Origin: Flavobacteriaceae bacterium
GTDB lineage: Bacteria > Bacteroidota > Bacteroidia > Flavobacteriales > Flavobacteriaceae
Length of the DNA: 42,522 nucleotides
Reading direction: 5' to 3'
NCBI GenBank assembly: GCA_947443815.1
Contig: CANEXR010000001.1
Coordinates: forward strand, 1-42,522
In this document: in pieces, positions 27,453-37,887 of the stretch
Position numbering within the stretch: position 1 is the first letter of the stretch
Layout: every line of letters starts with the position of its first letter
Notes under the pieces: model-generated
Databases searched by the model: none
What the model was told of the DNA's origin: nothing
Seen by the model: the letters and a program-made list of their open reading frames with translations, nothing else
Program-made: the position numbers and the translations under genes

Positions 27453-28115
27453 ATGCACATTTTAATAGTAGAAGACGAAGCTGGAATTATTCAATTTTTG
27501 CAGCAGGGATTGGAGGAAGAAGGGTATCAAATCACGAGTGCTTTGGATGGATTAAAAGGATATGAACTCATTCAAAATCAAAAATTCGATCTTATCTTAT
27601 TAGATTGGATGTTGCCCAAAATGACTGGATTAGAATTGTGTAAAGCGATCAGATTAAAAGACCTTCAGACTCCAATTCTTTTTTTGACGGCCAAAGATAC
27701 CATTCAAGAAACCATTGATGGATTAAAGGCTGGTGCTAATGACTATATCAAAAAACCATTTAGTTTTGAAGAACTTTTGGAACGTATAAAAATTCATTTT
27801 AGAAACCAAAAAGAGCCAGAAACGGTAACGCTTGGTACCATAACAATCGATAGTAAACAACATCGCGTTTTAATCCATTCACAAGAAATTAATTTGACTC
27901 AGCGTGAGTTTCAATTGCTATTGTATTTGGCAAAAAACAAAGGAAAAGTATGTACAAGGACTCAAATTATAGAGGATGTTTGGGACATTCATTTTGAATA
28001 TGACACAGGCGTAATTGATGTTTTCATAAATGCTATTCGCAAAAAACTAAATTTAAAAATCGAAGAAGATTATATCAAAACCATACGTGGCGTAGGATAT
28101 ATTGCTAATGATTAA
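27453..28115 (+). CDS. OmpR-family response regulator
   Basis: Receiver domain (VEDE, LDWMLP, KPF) plus winged helix (LTQREF, TIRGVGY); TAAATTTG at 27426-27433. Confidence 0.96.
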   Translation: MHILIVEDEAGIIQFLQQGLEEEGYQITSALDGLKGYELIQNQKFDLILLDWMLPKMTGLELCKAIRLKDLQTPILFLTAKDTIQETIDGLKAGANDYIKKPFSFEELLERIKIHFRNQKEPETVTLGTITIDSKQHRVLIHSQEINLTQREFQLLLYLAKNKGKVCTRTQIIEDVWDIHFEYDTGVIDVFINAIRKKLNLKIEEDYIKTIRGVGYIAND

Positions 28116-28120
28116 AGCCT

Positions 28121-29497
28121 ATGAAACCCTTATCGTTCAAAAACAGAATTGCTTTTTACTATATTATTACAACTGCATTATTGATTTTTGTTGTTTTTTT
28201 AGTAATTTATTCTATTGTTAGATTTAGTGTTTATGATCATATTAATAATGATATTCAGAGTGAAGTAGATAAGCATTTGACTGAAATTGAAATCAAAAAC
28301 GATCATATTGGACTCATTCATAATGACGAATGGCGCGAAAGAGAACACAGTGCAGTTGCGGTTAATCCAGTATTTGTTCAGTTTTATGATAAAAATGGTA
28401 GAATTGCTGAAAAATCTCCCAATCTAAAAATTCAAACGTTAACATTCCATTCAAAAATTAGAGACAATGAATTATTTGACACGAAATTGGTTCATAAATC
28501 AATTCGCCAAATTCAAGTTCCCTTATTTCAAAAGGGCATAAAAAAAGGATATTTATTAATTGCCATGTCTCTTGAAGATGCTACTATGGTACTTCATAAT
28601 TTGGCTAGAATATTAATCATTGCTTATCCATTAATTTTGTTGATTCTTTTTGTAATTGCTCGTTTAATTGCTGGGCGTAGCATCAAACCCATTAGTGCTA
28701 TTATTGCTACTTCAGAGAGCATTACAAAAGACAATCTAAGCTCTCGAATTCCGTTACCACAAAATCAGGACGAGCTTTTTATACTTTCCAAAACCATAAA
28801 TAGTTTATTAGAACGAATAGAAAGCACAATAGAGCGGGAAAAACAATTTACTTCAGACGCTTCTCATGAATTGCGAACTCCACTTACTGTTATCAAAGGA
28901 ACGCTGGAAGTTTTGATTAGAAAACCTAGAAATCAAGAAGAATATACCAATAAAATTACATTTTGCATCTCTGAAGTGAATCGCTTGAATCATCTTGTAG
29001 ATCAATTGCTATTATTAGCACGATTTGAAAATCAAAAACAAAGTTTAAAAATTGAAAAAGTATTTTTGAATGGGATAATTCTGGATGTTATTTCTAGATA
29101 TTCCAGTGTTATTTTGGTTAAAAACATTCAAGTCTTCACTGATTTTGATACTGAATATTATGTAGAAAGTGATGATTATTTAGTGTCAATTATAATAGAA
29201 AACTTGCTGTCAAATGCGATAAAATATTCTAAGGATAATGCTAATTTGAATATCACTATTTGTCAAATAGATGGTAAAATCACATGTCAAATTATCGATT
29301 TTGGAATTGGAATTCCATCCGAAGATTTAGATAAAATTTTCAATCAATTTTATCGTTCAAAACCCAATGATCATTCTGAAATAAAAGGAATGGGACTTGG
29401 TTTGTCTATAGTTAAAAGATTGTGTGCTTTACTTAGAATTACTCTTCATATTTCAAGTCAAGAAAACTTGGGGACAACTGTTATTTTAAGTTTCTAA
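28121..29497 (+). CDS. HAMP-domain sensor histidine kinase (CusS/CzcS-like)
   Basis: Two TM helices, HAMP, ASHELRTPL, NLLSNAIKY, DFGIGI, GMGLGLSIV. Confidence 0.96.
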   Translation: MKPLSFKNRIAFYYIITTALLIFVVFLVIYSIVRFSVYDHINNDIQSEVDKHLTEIEIKNDHIGLIHNDEWREREHSAVAVNPVFVQFYDKNGRIAEKSPNLKIQTLTFHSKIRDNELFDTKLVHKSIRQIQVPLFQKGIKKGYLLIAMSLEDATMVLHNLARILIIAYPLILLILFVIARLIAGRSIKPISAIIATSESITKDNLSSRIPLPQNQDELFILSKTINSLLERIESTIEREKQFTSDASHELRTPLTVIKGTLEVLIRKPRNQEEYTNKITFCISEVNRLNHLVDQLLLLARFENQKQSLKIEKVFLNGIILDVISRYSSVILVKNIQVFTDFDTEYYVESDDYLVSIIIENLLSNAIKYSKDNANLNITICQIDGKITCQIIDFGIGIPSEDLDKIFNQFYRSKPNDHSEIKGMGLGLSIVKRLCALLRITLHISSQENLGTTVILSF

Positions 29498-29505
29498 TAA
29501 GCGTA

Positions 29506-29552
29506 TCTTAAGGAATTCTTAAGCAAGAAAAATGATTTTCATTTTACTTTTG
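29506..29552 (+). promoter_or_regulatory. OmpR-type direct repeat (TCTTAAG-N4-TCTTAAG) and -7 element TACTTTTG
   Basis: Repeats at 29506-29512 and 29517-29523 (11-bp period), 21 nt upstream of TACTTTTG at 29545-29552. Confidence 0.7.
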
Positions 29553-29572
29553 TTTTTTATAAAAAAGTAAAA

Positions 29573-32500
29573 ATGCTCGAAAAAATCATCGCTTTCAGTT
29601 TAAAAAACAAACTCATTGTACTGCTCTTCACCCTTGGAATATTTGGATTTGGTTTGTTTTCTATTTTTCAAATTTCAATCGGAGCTGTTCCTGATGTGAC
29701 TAATAATCAGGTACAAGTCATTACAACATCACATGCGCTTTCTACACAGGATATTGAGCAATTTATTACTTATCCTGTTGAAATTGAAATGGCTAATTTA
29801 CCAGGTGTGAAAGAAATTCGCTCGATTTCAAAATTTGGTTTATCCGTTGTAACTATCGTTTTTGAAGATAATTTAGGTACCTATTTGCCTCGTCAATTAA
29901 TTGCAGAAAAAATAAAAGCAGCATCTGAGAAAATTCCTCAAGGTTTTGGTACTCCCGAAATGGGACCAATTACCACAGGATTAGGGGAGATTTATCAATA
30001 TACATTAGAAGTAAAACCCGCATTCAAAAATAATTACTCTGTTACAGATTTACGAACCATTCAGGATTGGGTTGTTAAACGACAATTATCTGGCATCAAA
30101 GGTGTTGTTGAAATTAACACTTGGGGTGGATATTTGAAACAATATGAAATTGCTATTATTCCATCACAATTAAAAGCGATGCACATTTCGATGAACGAAA
30201 TTTTTACAGCTTTGAAAAAAAATAACAGTATAGCTGGTGGTGCTTACATTGAGAAAATAAATCAAAGCTATTTCATTCGTGGAGAAGGAAAGGTCAATAC
30301 ATTAGAAGACATCGAAAATATCGTTGTAAAGAACTCGGATGGACTTCCTATATATATTAAAAATATTGCGCAAGTTCGGTTTGGGCATGCCAATCGTTTT
30401 GGGGCCATTACTGGAAACGGTGAAGGTGAAAAAGTGTTAGGTCAAGTTATGATGCTCAAAGGAGCAAACTCCAAGCAAGTCATTAATGATGTCAAAAATA
30501 GAGTTGCCGAAATTCAGAAAACACTTCCTGAAGGTGTTTATATTAATGGATTTTTAGAACGAAGCGAATTGGTTAGTAAAACTACTTTTACAGTCGCTGA
30601 AAACTTAATTTTAGGCTGCTTAATTGTGATATTTGTGGTCGTTTTATTACTAGGGAATTGGCGTTCAGGTTTAGTTGTTGCTTCGGTTATACCGTTGTGT
30701 TTGCTTTTTGCAATTTCATTTATGAATATTTTTGGGATTGATGCTAATTTAATGAGTTTAGGAGCCATTGATTTTGGAATTATCATTGATGGAGCAGTAA
30801 TAATTGTAGAGTTTATTGCTTTTCAAATTGCCAATAAATCAGTTCATTTAGTGGCACTTCCCATAGAAAATCGTCAGTTAGAAATCGACCAAATCACCTA
30901 TAAAAGTGCTTCAAAAATGATGAACTCAGCTATTTTTGGGCAATTAATTATTTTGATTGTTTTTATTCCTATTCTTTCTTTAACAGGTATAGAAGGTAAA
31001 ATGTTTCAACCAATGGCTATTACTTTTAGCTTTGCCTTGATAGGTGCCATGCTTTTATGCTTCACTTATGTTCCTGTAGTAGCCTCTTTGTTTTTGAAAC
31101 CAAAAGAAGAAAATCCAAAATCCATTTCAAGTAAATTAATCCACAAATTGAATTCTTTGTATTTACCCGTTATTTCATGGGCATTGGATAATACTAAAAA
31201 AGTATTGTATACAGCATTTGCATTATTGATTTTGTGTATTGGACTATTTACTACAATGGGTGGCGAATTTATTCCAACTCTTGACGAAGGAGATTTTGTA
31301 ATACAACCCGTTTTAAAAACGGGAACTTCTCTAACAAAAACAATTGCAACAACCACTAAGATTGAAAAAATAATTCTTAAAAACTTTCCCGAAGTAGATC
31401 AAGTTGTCAGTAGGATAGGAGCTGCCGAAGTGCCTACGGACCCAATGTCTATGGAAGAAAGTGATGTTATAGTAAAACTTAAACCCAAATCAGAATGGGT
31501 TTCGGCAAGTAGCAAAGACGAATTGGCTGATACAATAAAAAAGGCAATTGCAGAACAAATTCCAAACATGGAAATCGAATTTACACAACCTATCGAAATG
31601 CGTTTTAATGAATTAATTTCAGGAACACGTTCGGACATAGCGGTCAAAGTATTCGGAGAAGATTTAAATATTTTAGCTCAAAAAGCGCATGAAATTGAAA
31701 AAGCAATTAAAAATGTTGAAGGCGCTTCCGATGTAATCATCGAGAAAACGGAAGGATTACCTCAAATGTCTGTACAATACGATCGCTCTAAAATAGCCCG
31801 ATATGGACTGAATATTAGTGATTTGAATGAAATAATTGCCCTGAGTTTTGCTGGACAAATCGTTGGAAATGTTTTTGAAGGTGAAAAACGATTTGATATG
31901 GTAGTTCGTTTGGATGAAACCCACCGTCATGATATTGAAGATTTACGCAATTTGTATGTTGCCATACCTAATGGGGCTCAAATTCCATTAAGTGAATTGG
32001 CTAAAATCGAATATACCGAAGGGCCTGCAAAAATCTCCCGTGATAATACAAACCGAAGAATTGTTATTGGAATTAATGTTAGAAATCGTGATTTAGAAAG
32101 TGTTGTTACTGATATTCAAAATATTATTAATACCCAAATTAAACTTCCTTCAGGTTATTATATAAAATATGGTGGTCAATTTGAAAATCTACAAAGTGCC
32201 AAATCACGTCTAATGATTGCTGTGCCAATAGCTTTATTATTAATCTTTATCCTATTGTATTTTGCTTTCGGTTCGTTTAAAGAAGCATTAATGGTGTATT
32301 CCGCAATTCCGCTTTCGGCAGTAGGAGGTATTCTGTTTTTATGGCTGCGGGATTTGCCTTTCAGCATTTCGGCAGGAGTTGGTTTTATTGCATTATTTGG
32401 AATAGCAGTATTAAATGGCATCGTACTTATTGAACATTTCAAGGAATTAAAAAAACAAGGAATGGAAGATATGAACGAACTGATTTTAAAAGGAACCTCT

Positions 32501-33907
32501 GATCGACTTCGCCCTGTTTTATTGACTGCATCAGCGGCAGCATTAGGTTTCTTACCCATGGCCATTTCCTCCTCTGCAGGAGCCGAAGTACAAAGACCAT
32601 TAGCCACCGTTGTTATTGGTGGATTGTTTACAGCAACGCTTTTGACCCTGATTGTATTGCCCATTTTATTTAAAGTATTAACCGAAAAAGAATTGAAAAA
32701 ACCCAAATTCAAAATACATAAAAAAAGGACTTATCTCTTTTTGTTGGGATTATGTACATCGTTTGCCTTTTCTCAAAACACAACTTCTGAATTGGATATT
32801 TTAATTGCAAAAGCTATAGAAAACAATAAAGGAATCAAAGCAACTCAACTGCAAACCGAGAAGATGAAAGCCAATATAAAAACGGCAAATACTTTTGAGA
32901 AAACTAATATTTATTACAGTTATGATCAAAACAATCTAGCAGCAAATAATGAACCATTGCGTGTATTTGGTTTGCAACAACGATTTGCTTTTCCAACCGT
33001 TTACGGAGCTCAAAAAAAAGTAAATACTTCCGAATACGAAAAAGAAAAAGCCAATTTTAGCATTCAAAAAAACAAGCTATCGTTTGAAGTTGCAAAAGTA
33101 TATGAGCAAATTGTTTATTTTCAAAATGAAGAAAAACTATATTTTTATTTGGATAGTTTGTATCAAAATTTCTCAAAAGCCAGCGACAGACGATTTGAAT
33201 TAGGAGAAACTAATTATTTGGAAAAAATTACTGCACAATCGAAATTTAGGCAAATAAGAGCTAAGCTTACCCAAATTGATTTTGCTAAAAAAGCACAATA
33301 CGAACTTTTACAAGCTCTAGTACAATCCGACGAAAAAATCACAATAGAAAGTAGCTTAATAGTGCCTTTTCAATTTCTAAAAAATGATTCAAGTAAAGCA
33401 TATTATGTTGCTTATTTAGAAAGTATTACTAAAATTTATCAATCGCAAATAGCATTGCAAAAAAAGCATTGGTTACCTGATATTAATTTAGATTATTTTC
33501 AAGGAAAAAATAATGGATTATCACAATCTTTATATGGATTTCAGGTTGGGCTAGCTGTTCCATTATTGTTTTCAGGCAATGTATCCAAAACTAAAGTAGC
33601 ACAATTAGAATTGCAAAGTTGGGAACAACAAAAACTAAATGAAGAACAAAAAATAGAACATTTTTATAGTCAAAAAAACAATGAACTAGCTCAATATCAA
33701 GAAAGTATTAATTATTACAATCAATATGGTAAAAAACTATCTGATGAAATTATAAATGTGGCTAATAAAAGCTATACGAATGGCGAAATAGATTTTTTTC
33801 AATACATCCAAAGTCTAGAAAACGCAACAACAATTCAAATAGAACATTTAAACACTATTTTGCAATTCAATAGCATTCAATTAAACATACAATATCTTAA
33901 TTTTTAA
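29573..33907 (+). CDS. CusA/CzcA heavy-metal RND transporter with fused C-terminal TolC-like domain
   Basis: AVPDVTNNQVQV, GAIDFGIIIDGAVIIVE, RLRPVL, VQRPLATVVIGG, followed by about 390 aa of helical outer-membrane-efflux-like sequence (RFELGE, YTNGEIDF). Confidence 0.95.
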   Translation: MLEKIIAFSLKNKLIVLLFTLGIFGFGLFSIFQISIGAVPDVTNNQVQVITTSHALSTQDIEQFITYPVEIEMANLPGVKEIRSISKFGLSVVTIVFEDNLGTYLPRQLIAEKIKAASEKIPQGFGTPEMGPITTGLGEIYQYTLEVKPAFKNNYSVTDLRTIQDWVVKRQLSGIKGVVEINTWGGYLKQYEIAIIPSQLKAMHISMNEIFTALKKNNSIAGGAYIEKINQSYFIRGEGKVNTLEDIENIVVKNSDGLPIYIKNIAQVRFGHANRFGAITGNGEGEKVLGQVMMLKGANSKQVINDVKNRVAEIQKTLPEGVYINGFLERSELVSKTTFTVAENLILGCLIVIFVVVLLLGNWRSGLVVASVIPLCLLFAISFMNIFGIDANLMSLGAIDFGIIIDGAVIIVEFIAFQIANKSVHLVALPIENRQLEIDQITYKSASKMMNSAIFGQLIILIVFIPILSLTGIEGKMFQPMAITFSFALIGAMLLCFTYVPVVASLFLKPKEENPKSISSKLIHKLNSLYLPVISWALDNTKKVLYTAFALLILCIGLFTTMGGEFIPTLDEGDFVIQPVLKTGTSLTKTIATTTKIEKIILKNFPEVDQVVSRIGAAEVPTDPMSMEESDVIVKLKPKSEWVSASSKDELADTIKKAIAEQIPNMEIEFTQPIEMRFNELISGTRSDIAVKVFGEDLNILAQKAHEIEKAIKNVEGASDVIIEKTEGLPQMSVQYDRSKIARYGLNISDLNEIIALSFAGQIVGNVFEGEKRFDMVVRLDETHRHDIEDLRNLYVAIPNGAQIPLSELAKIEYTEGPAKISRDNTNRRIVIGINVRNRDLESVVTDIQNIINTQIKLPSGYYIKYGGQFENLQSAKSRLMIAVPIALLLIFILLYFAFGSFKEALMVYSAIPLSAVGGILFLWLRDLPFSISAGVGFIALFGIAVLNGIVLIEHFKELKKQGMEDMNELILKGTSDRLRPVLLTASAAALGFLPMAISSSAGAEVQRPLATVVIGGLFTATLLTLIVLPILFKVLTEKELKKPKFKIHKKRTYLFLLGLCTSFAFSQNTTSELDILIAKAIENNKGIKATQLQTEKMKANIKTANTFEKTNIYYSYDQNNLAANNEPLRVFGLQQRFAFPTVYGAQKKVNTSEYEKEKANFSIQKNKLSFEVAKVYEQIVYFQNEEKLYFYLDSLYQNFSKASDRRFELGETNYLEKITAQSKFRQIRAKLTQIDFAKKAQYELLQALVQSDEKITIESSLIVPFQFLKNDSSKAYYVAYLESITKIYQSQIALQKKHWLPDINLDYFQGKNNGLSQSLYGFQVGLAVPLLFSGNVSKTKVAQLELQSWEQQKLNEEQKIEHFYSQKNNELAQYQESINYYNQYGKKLSDEIINVANKSYTNGEIDFFQYIQSLENATTIQIEHLNTILQFNSIQLNIQYLNF

Positions 33908-33916
33908 CTCCTTAAA

Positions 33917-35035
33917 ATGAAATTATTTATATACACACTTGCATTTACTTCGTTATTTTTTTCGTGTAAAGAAAAAAAAACTACTGAAATATTGCCTAAA
34001 ACGGATGGATTAATTTCGGTTACAAACACACAATTTCAATCTTCAGAAATGGTGATTTCTAAACCAACCGAACAGGATTTTGATATCAAAATTAAAACAA
34101 CTGGAAAAATTGATGTCCCACCTCAAAACAGAGCAAAAGTAACAACTTTTATTGGTGGTTATGTGAAATCCACATCACTTTTAGTTGGTAATAACGTTAT
34201 TAAAGGACAAGCTTTATTAACATTAGAAAATACGGAATTTTTGGATATTCAAAAAGAATACCTTGAAATAACCGAACAAATGAAATATCTAAAATCCGAA
34301 TATGAGCGACAAAAAACATTGTATGATGAAAAAATCACATCACAGAAAAACTATCTAAAAGCAGAAAGTGATTATCGAAAAGCGAAAGCAACTCAGCAAA
34401 GTTTAAAAGCAAAATTACAGTTATTAAACATCAACCCTTCTAATGTCGAAAAAGGAAAATTAACATCCATTATAACAATATACTCGCCTATATCGGGTGA
34501 TATTGTCATAATGAATGCAAATGTTGGTATGCACATAGCACCTGCCGATGTGATTTTAGAAATTGTTGATACTGAACATTTACATCTTGAATTAGCCGTA
34601 TTTGAGAAGGATATTTTGAATGTTAAAGTAGGTCAGAAAATTAACTTTACCGTTCCAGAAGCCTCAAAAGAAGTTTTTAATGCAGAAGTACATTTGGTAG
34701 GTAAATCGATTGAAGGCAACGACAGGACAATTAATGTTCACGGACATTTAGAGGATACTATTAAACAAAAACTGCTAACCGGAATGTTTGTTGAAGCAGA
34801 CATAATAGTAGGCTCTAAAAAAGGATTAGCAATCCCTATAGAGGCTTTAGTTACTGAAAATCATAAAAATTTTGTACTTTTATTAAAGAATAATAAAAAC
34901 AATGGCTATTCATTCAAAAAAACAGCCGTTACAATTGGTGAAAAAACAGCTGATTTAGTTGAAATAATTCCAGATGGTACCATAAACGAATCTTCAAAAA
35001 TACTTACAAAAGGTGTTTTTGATTTAATTAATTAA
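33917..35035 (+). CDS. RND periplasmic adaptor (CzcB/CusB-like) lipoprotein
   Basis: Lipobox FFSC, coiled hairpin, SPISG, VKVGQ, GMFV. Confidence 0.93.
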   Translation: MKLFIYTLAFTSLFFSCKEKKTTEILPKTDGLISVTNTQFQSSEMVISKPTEQDFDIKIKTTGKIDVPPQNRAKVTTFIGGYVKSTSLLVGNNVIKGQALLTLENTEFLDIQKEYLEITEQMKYLKSEYERQKTLYDEKITSQKNYLKAESDYRKAKATQQSLKAKLQLLNINPSNVEKGKLTSIITIYSPISGDIVIMNANVGMHIAPADVILEIVDTEHLHLELAVFEKDILNVKVGQKINFTVPEASKEVFNAEVHLVGKSIEGNDRTINVHGHLEDTIKQKLLTGMFVEADIIVGSKKGLAIPIEALVTENHKNFVLLLKNNKNNGYSFKKTAVTIGEKTADLVEIIPDGTINESSKILTKGVFDLIN

Positions 35036-35058
35036 AAATCATTTAAACAAATAAAATT

Positions 35059-35556
35059 ATGAACGATGCGCATCAACACATGCTTGTGAACCATTTCCCA
35101 ATTATTGGAACTATTCTAGGTCTTGGAATTTTAATTGCAGGATTACTTTTAAAAAACAATTCAGTCAAAAATACGGCTTATGCTTTATTTGTAATTGCTG
35201 CAATTTTTGGTGCATTTAGTATGGCAACAGGAGATGGAGCGGAGGAATTAGTTGAAGATATGCCAAATATTGGGCACCAAATTATTCATGAACATGAGGA
35301 AATTGCTGAAAAATTTATTTTGGTAATGTATGCAACAGGTGTTTTTTCTTTACTTTCCATTTTTACTTCTGTGAAAAAACATAAATGGGCTAAAATTTGC
35401 TCCTTTCTAACATTACTTTTTGCAATAACAGCGAGTATTTTAGCAAAAAGTGTTGGAACTTCTGGAGGTGAAATTCGCCATACTGAAATCAGAACAAATG
35501 AAACAACTCCTGCACCAAGTGGTGTTCAAAAAATACGAACAGAGCAAGAGAATTAA
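35059..35556 (+). CDS. His-rich four-TM membrane protein (DUF2231-like)
   Basis: HQHMLVNHFP, HEHEE, GGEIRH; directly downstream of the efflux adaptor. Confidence 0.75.
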   Translation: MNDAHQHMLVNHFPIIGTILGLGILIAGLLLKNNSVKNTAYALFVIAAIFGAFSMATGDGAEELVEDMPNIGHQIIHEHEEIAEKFILVMYATGVFSLLSIFTSVKKHKWAKICSFLTLLFAITASILAKSVGTSGGEIRHTEIRTNETTPAPSGVQKIRTEQEN

Positions 35557-35913
35557 ATGATTTTTTTATTAAAAAAGGAGCGAAGTGCTTATATTATTTT
35601 TGTTACCCATATAACTCTTTTGTAACTATCATAAAGTAAATAATTATGCTACAACTATCATACTAAAAACAGTATAAAAAAATTATTTATCAGTTTTATA
35701 TGATAAAATTAGGTTTAAATTTTGTAAATTTAAGGTAAACAATTACGTTCTGTTTTTTTAACTTATCCAATATATAAAAATCGTTATTCCTTGTAAAAAA
35801 TAAAAAGGTCTGTGTGAATTTTTGTTTAAACTGATAATAATCTTATTTTACTTGAATAGTCAAAACTAAATTTGGATTGGAATAATCAACTAGAATTTTA
35901 TAATTTACGTGTG

Positions 35914-37533
35914 ATGAAAAATATCAAAATTATCCAAGAATTACATAATTTAGGAATTACAGGCTATCATGAAGTATGCTATAATCCCAGTTATGAGGAA
36001 TTATATCAAGCAGAGGTTTCTCATAAAAGGAAAGGATATGAAAAAGGAGCCTTAACAGATACAGGGGCTGTAGCTGTAAAAACAGGGGTTTTTACAGGGC
36101 GTTCACCTAAAGACCGGTATATTGTAAAAGATGATTGTACAAAAGACACTATCTATTGGGATGACAAAGTTAATTTTCCAACTACAATAGGAATTTGGAA
36201 TGATTTAAAAAAATTAGTTTTAAAACAACTTTCTACTTCTCCTAAATTGTATGTGGTTGATGCTTTTTGTGGGACCAATGCGGATACAAGACTGAAAGTT
36301 CGTTTTGTTATGGAAGTGGCTTGGCAAGCTCATTTTGTAACCAATATGTTTATAAGACCTTCGGTTTATGAATTAGAAAATTTTGGAGCCCCTGATTTTA
36401 TAGTAATGAATGGTTCCAAAACAACAAATCCAGATTGGAAAGAACATGGTTTGAATTCAGAAAATTTTGTTTTATTTAATCTAACCGAAAAAATCCAAAT
36501 CATTGGTGGAACATGGTATGGTGGAGAAATGAAAAAAGGAATGTTCTCCATGATGAATTATTATTTACCTTTAAAGGGAATGGCTTCTATGCACTGCTCA
36601 GCAAATGTAGGTGAAAAAGGAGATGTAGCCGTATTTTTTGGACTTTCAGGAACAGGAAAAACAACCCTTTCTGCAGATCCAAAACGATATTTAATTGGCG
36701 ATGATGAACATGGTTGGGATAATAATGGGGTTTTTAATTACGAAGGAGGTTGTTATGCAAAAGTTATTGACTTAACGGAAGATAATGAACCTGATATTTG
36801 GAGAGCAATCAAACGGGATGCTCTTTTAGAAAATGTTATTGTGGATGAATATGGCGAAATTGATTATTTTGACCATTCCATTACAGAAAATTCAAGAGTT
36901 TCTTATCCTATTTATAATATAAATAAAATTGTACTACCTTCAAAAGCAGGTCATGCCAGCAAAATTATTTACCTTTCAGCTGATGCATTTGGTGTATTAC
37001 CGCCCGTTTCAATATTAAATGAAGACCAAGCCCAATACCACTTTTTATGCGGCTATACATCTAAATTAGCTGGTACTGAAAGAGGAATTACGGAACCGAT
37101 ACCTTCCTTTTCTCCAGCTTTTGGAGAAGCCTTTTTAACATTACACCCAACAATGTATTCTAAAACATTAATTGGAAAAATGAAAGAACACGGTGCAAAA
37201 GCGTATTTAGTAAATACTGGTTGGAATGGTACTGGTAAAAGAATTTCGCTTAAAAATACAAGGGCAATTATCGACGCCATCATTAGTAGTGAAATTGATA
37301 CTGTTGAAACTAAAAAAATTCCATTTTTGAATTTAACAATTCCTACCGTTTTACCCAATGTAACTGATGAAATTCTTGACCCAAGAGACACTTATAAAGA
37401 TGAAGCTGAATGGGAACACAAAGCAAAAAATTTATCCCAAAGATATATTGAAAACTTTAAGCAATACGCTAATACCGAAGAGGGTAAACGTTTGATTAGT
37501 GCTGGTCCATCAATTGAAATGGTTTTAAATTAA
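35914..37533 (+). CDS. pckA: Phosphoenolpyruvate carboxykinase (ATP)
   Basis: [40 protein letters not shown]. Start moved to ATG 35914 (or GTG 35911). Confidence 0.97.
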   Translation: MKNIKIIQELHNLGITGYHEVCYNPSYEELYQAEVSHKRKGYEKGALTDTGAVAVKTGVFTGRSPKDRYIVKDDCTKDTIYWDDKVNFPTTIGIWNDLKKLVLKQLSTSPKLYVVDAFCGTNADTRLKVRFVMEVAWQAHFVTNMFIRPSVYELENFGAPDFIVMNGSKTTNPDWKEHGLNSENFVLFNLTEKIQIIGGTWYGGEMKKGMFSMMNYYLPLKGMASMHCSANVGEKGDVAVFFGLSGTGKTTLSADPKRYLIGDDEHGWDNNGVFNYEGGCYAKVIDLTEDNEPDIWRAIKRDALLENVIVDEYGEIDYFDHSITENSRVSYPIYNINKIVLPSKAGHASKIIYLSADAFGVLPPVSILNEDQAQYHFLCGYTSKLAGTERGITEPIPSFSPAFGEAFLTLHPTMYSKTLIGKMKEHGAKAYLVNTGWNGTGKRISLKNTRAIIDAIISSEIDTVETKKIPFLNLTIPTVLPNVTDEILDPRDTYKDEAEWEHKAKNLSQRYIENFKQYANTEEGKRLISAGPSIEMVLN

Positions 37534-37652
37534 AACTGTTTTTTTATATAAAATAAAACTCATGGAATAATTCGGTTGCCGTTTTACTACTATCAGTTAA
37601 GCTTTTCAAATGACTATTTTAACAATTTAATCACCATTCGTTAAATTAAAAA

Positions 37653-37684
37653 TTGCATTTTAAACAAATTATCCCCTATATTTG
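37653..37684 (+). promoter_or_regulatory. his operon promoter (-33 TTG, -7 TATATTTG)
   Basis: TTG at 37653-37655, 21-nt spacer, TATATTTG at 37677-37684. Confidence 0.75.
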
Positions 37685-37718
37685 CAATCGAAATCAAGGG
37701 ATTACCAAATTAATAATT

Positions 37719-37778
37719 ATGTTATCAAATCAATTACATCATCATCATTTTCATTATTGCTCTCAAGCGATGTGTTAA
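37719..37778 (+). CDS. hisL: His operon leader peptide MLSNQLHHHHFHYCSQAMC
   Basis: 19-aa ORF with 5 CAT His codons (4 in tandem) between the promoter and the attenuator hairpin. Confidence 0.88.
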   Translation: MLSNQLHHHHFHYCSQAMC

Positions 37779-37804
37779 TGGTATGCATGTAAATCATCAT
37801 ATTT

Positions 37805-37838
37805 AAAAACCCGTTTGAGTACATCAAACGGGTTTTTT
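37805..37838 (+). terminator. His attenuator terminator
   Basis: aaaaacccgtttga-gtaca-tcaaacgggtttttt. Confidence 0.9.
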
Positions 37839-37887
37839 ATTACTTATCCGTTGTACTCAAACAAAATCTAAACAAAAAAATAAAAAA

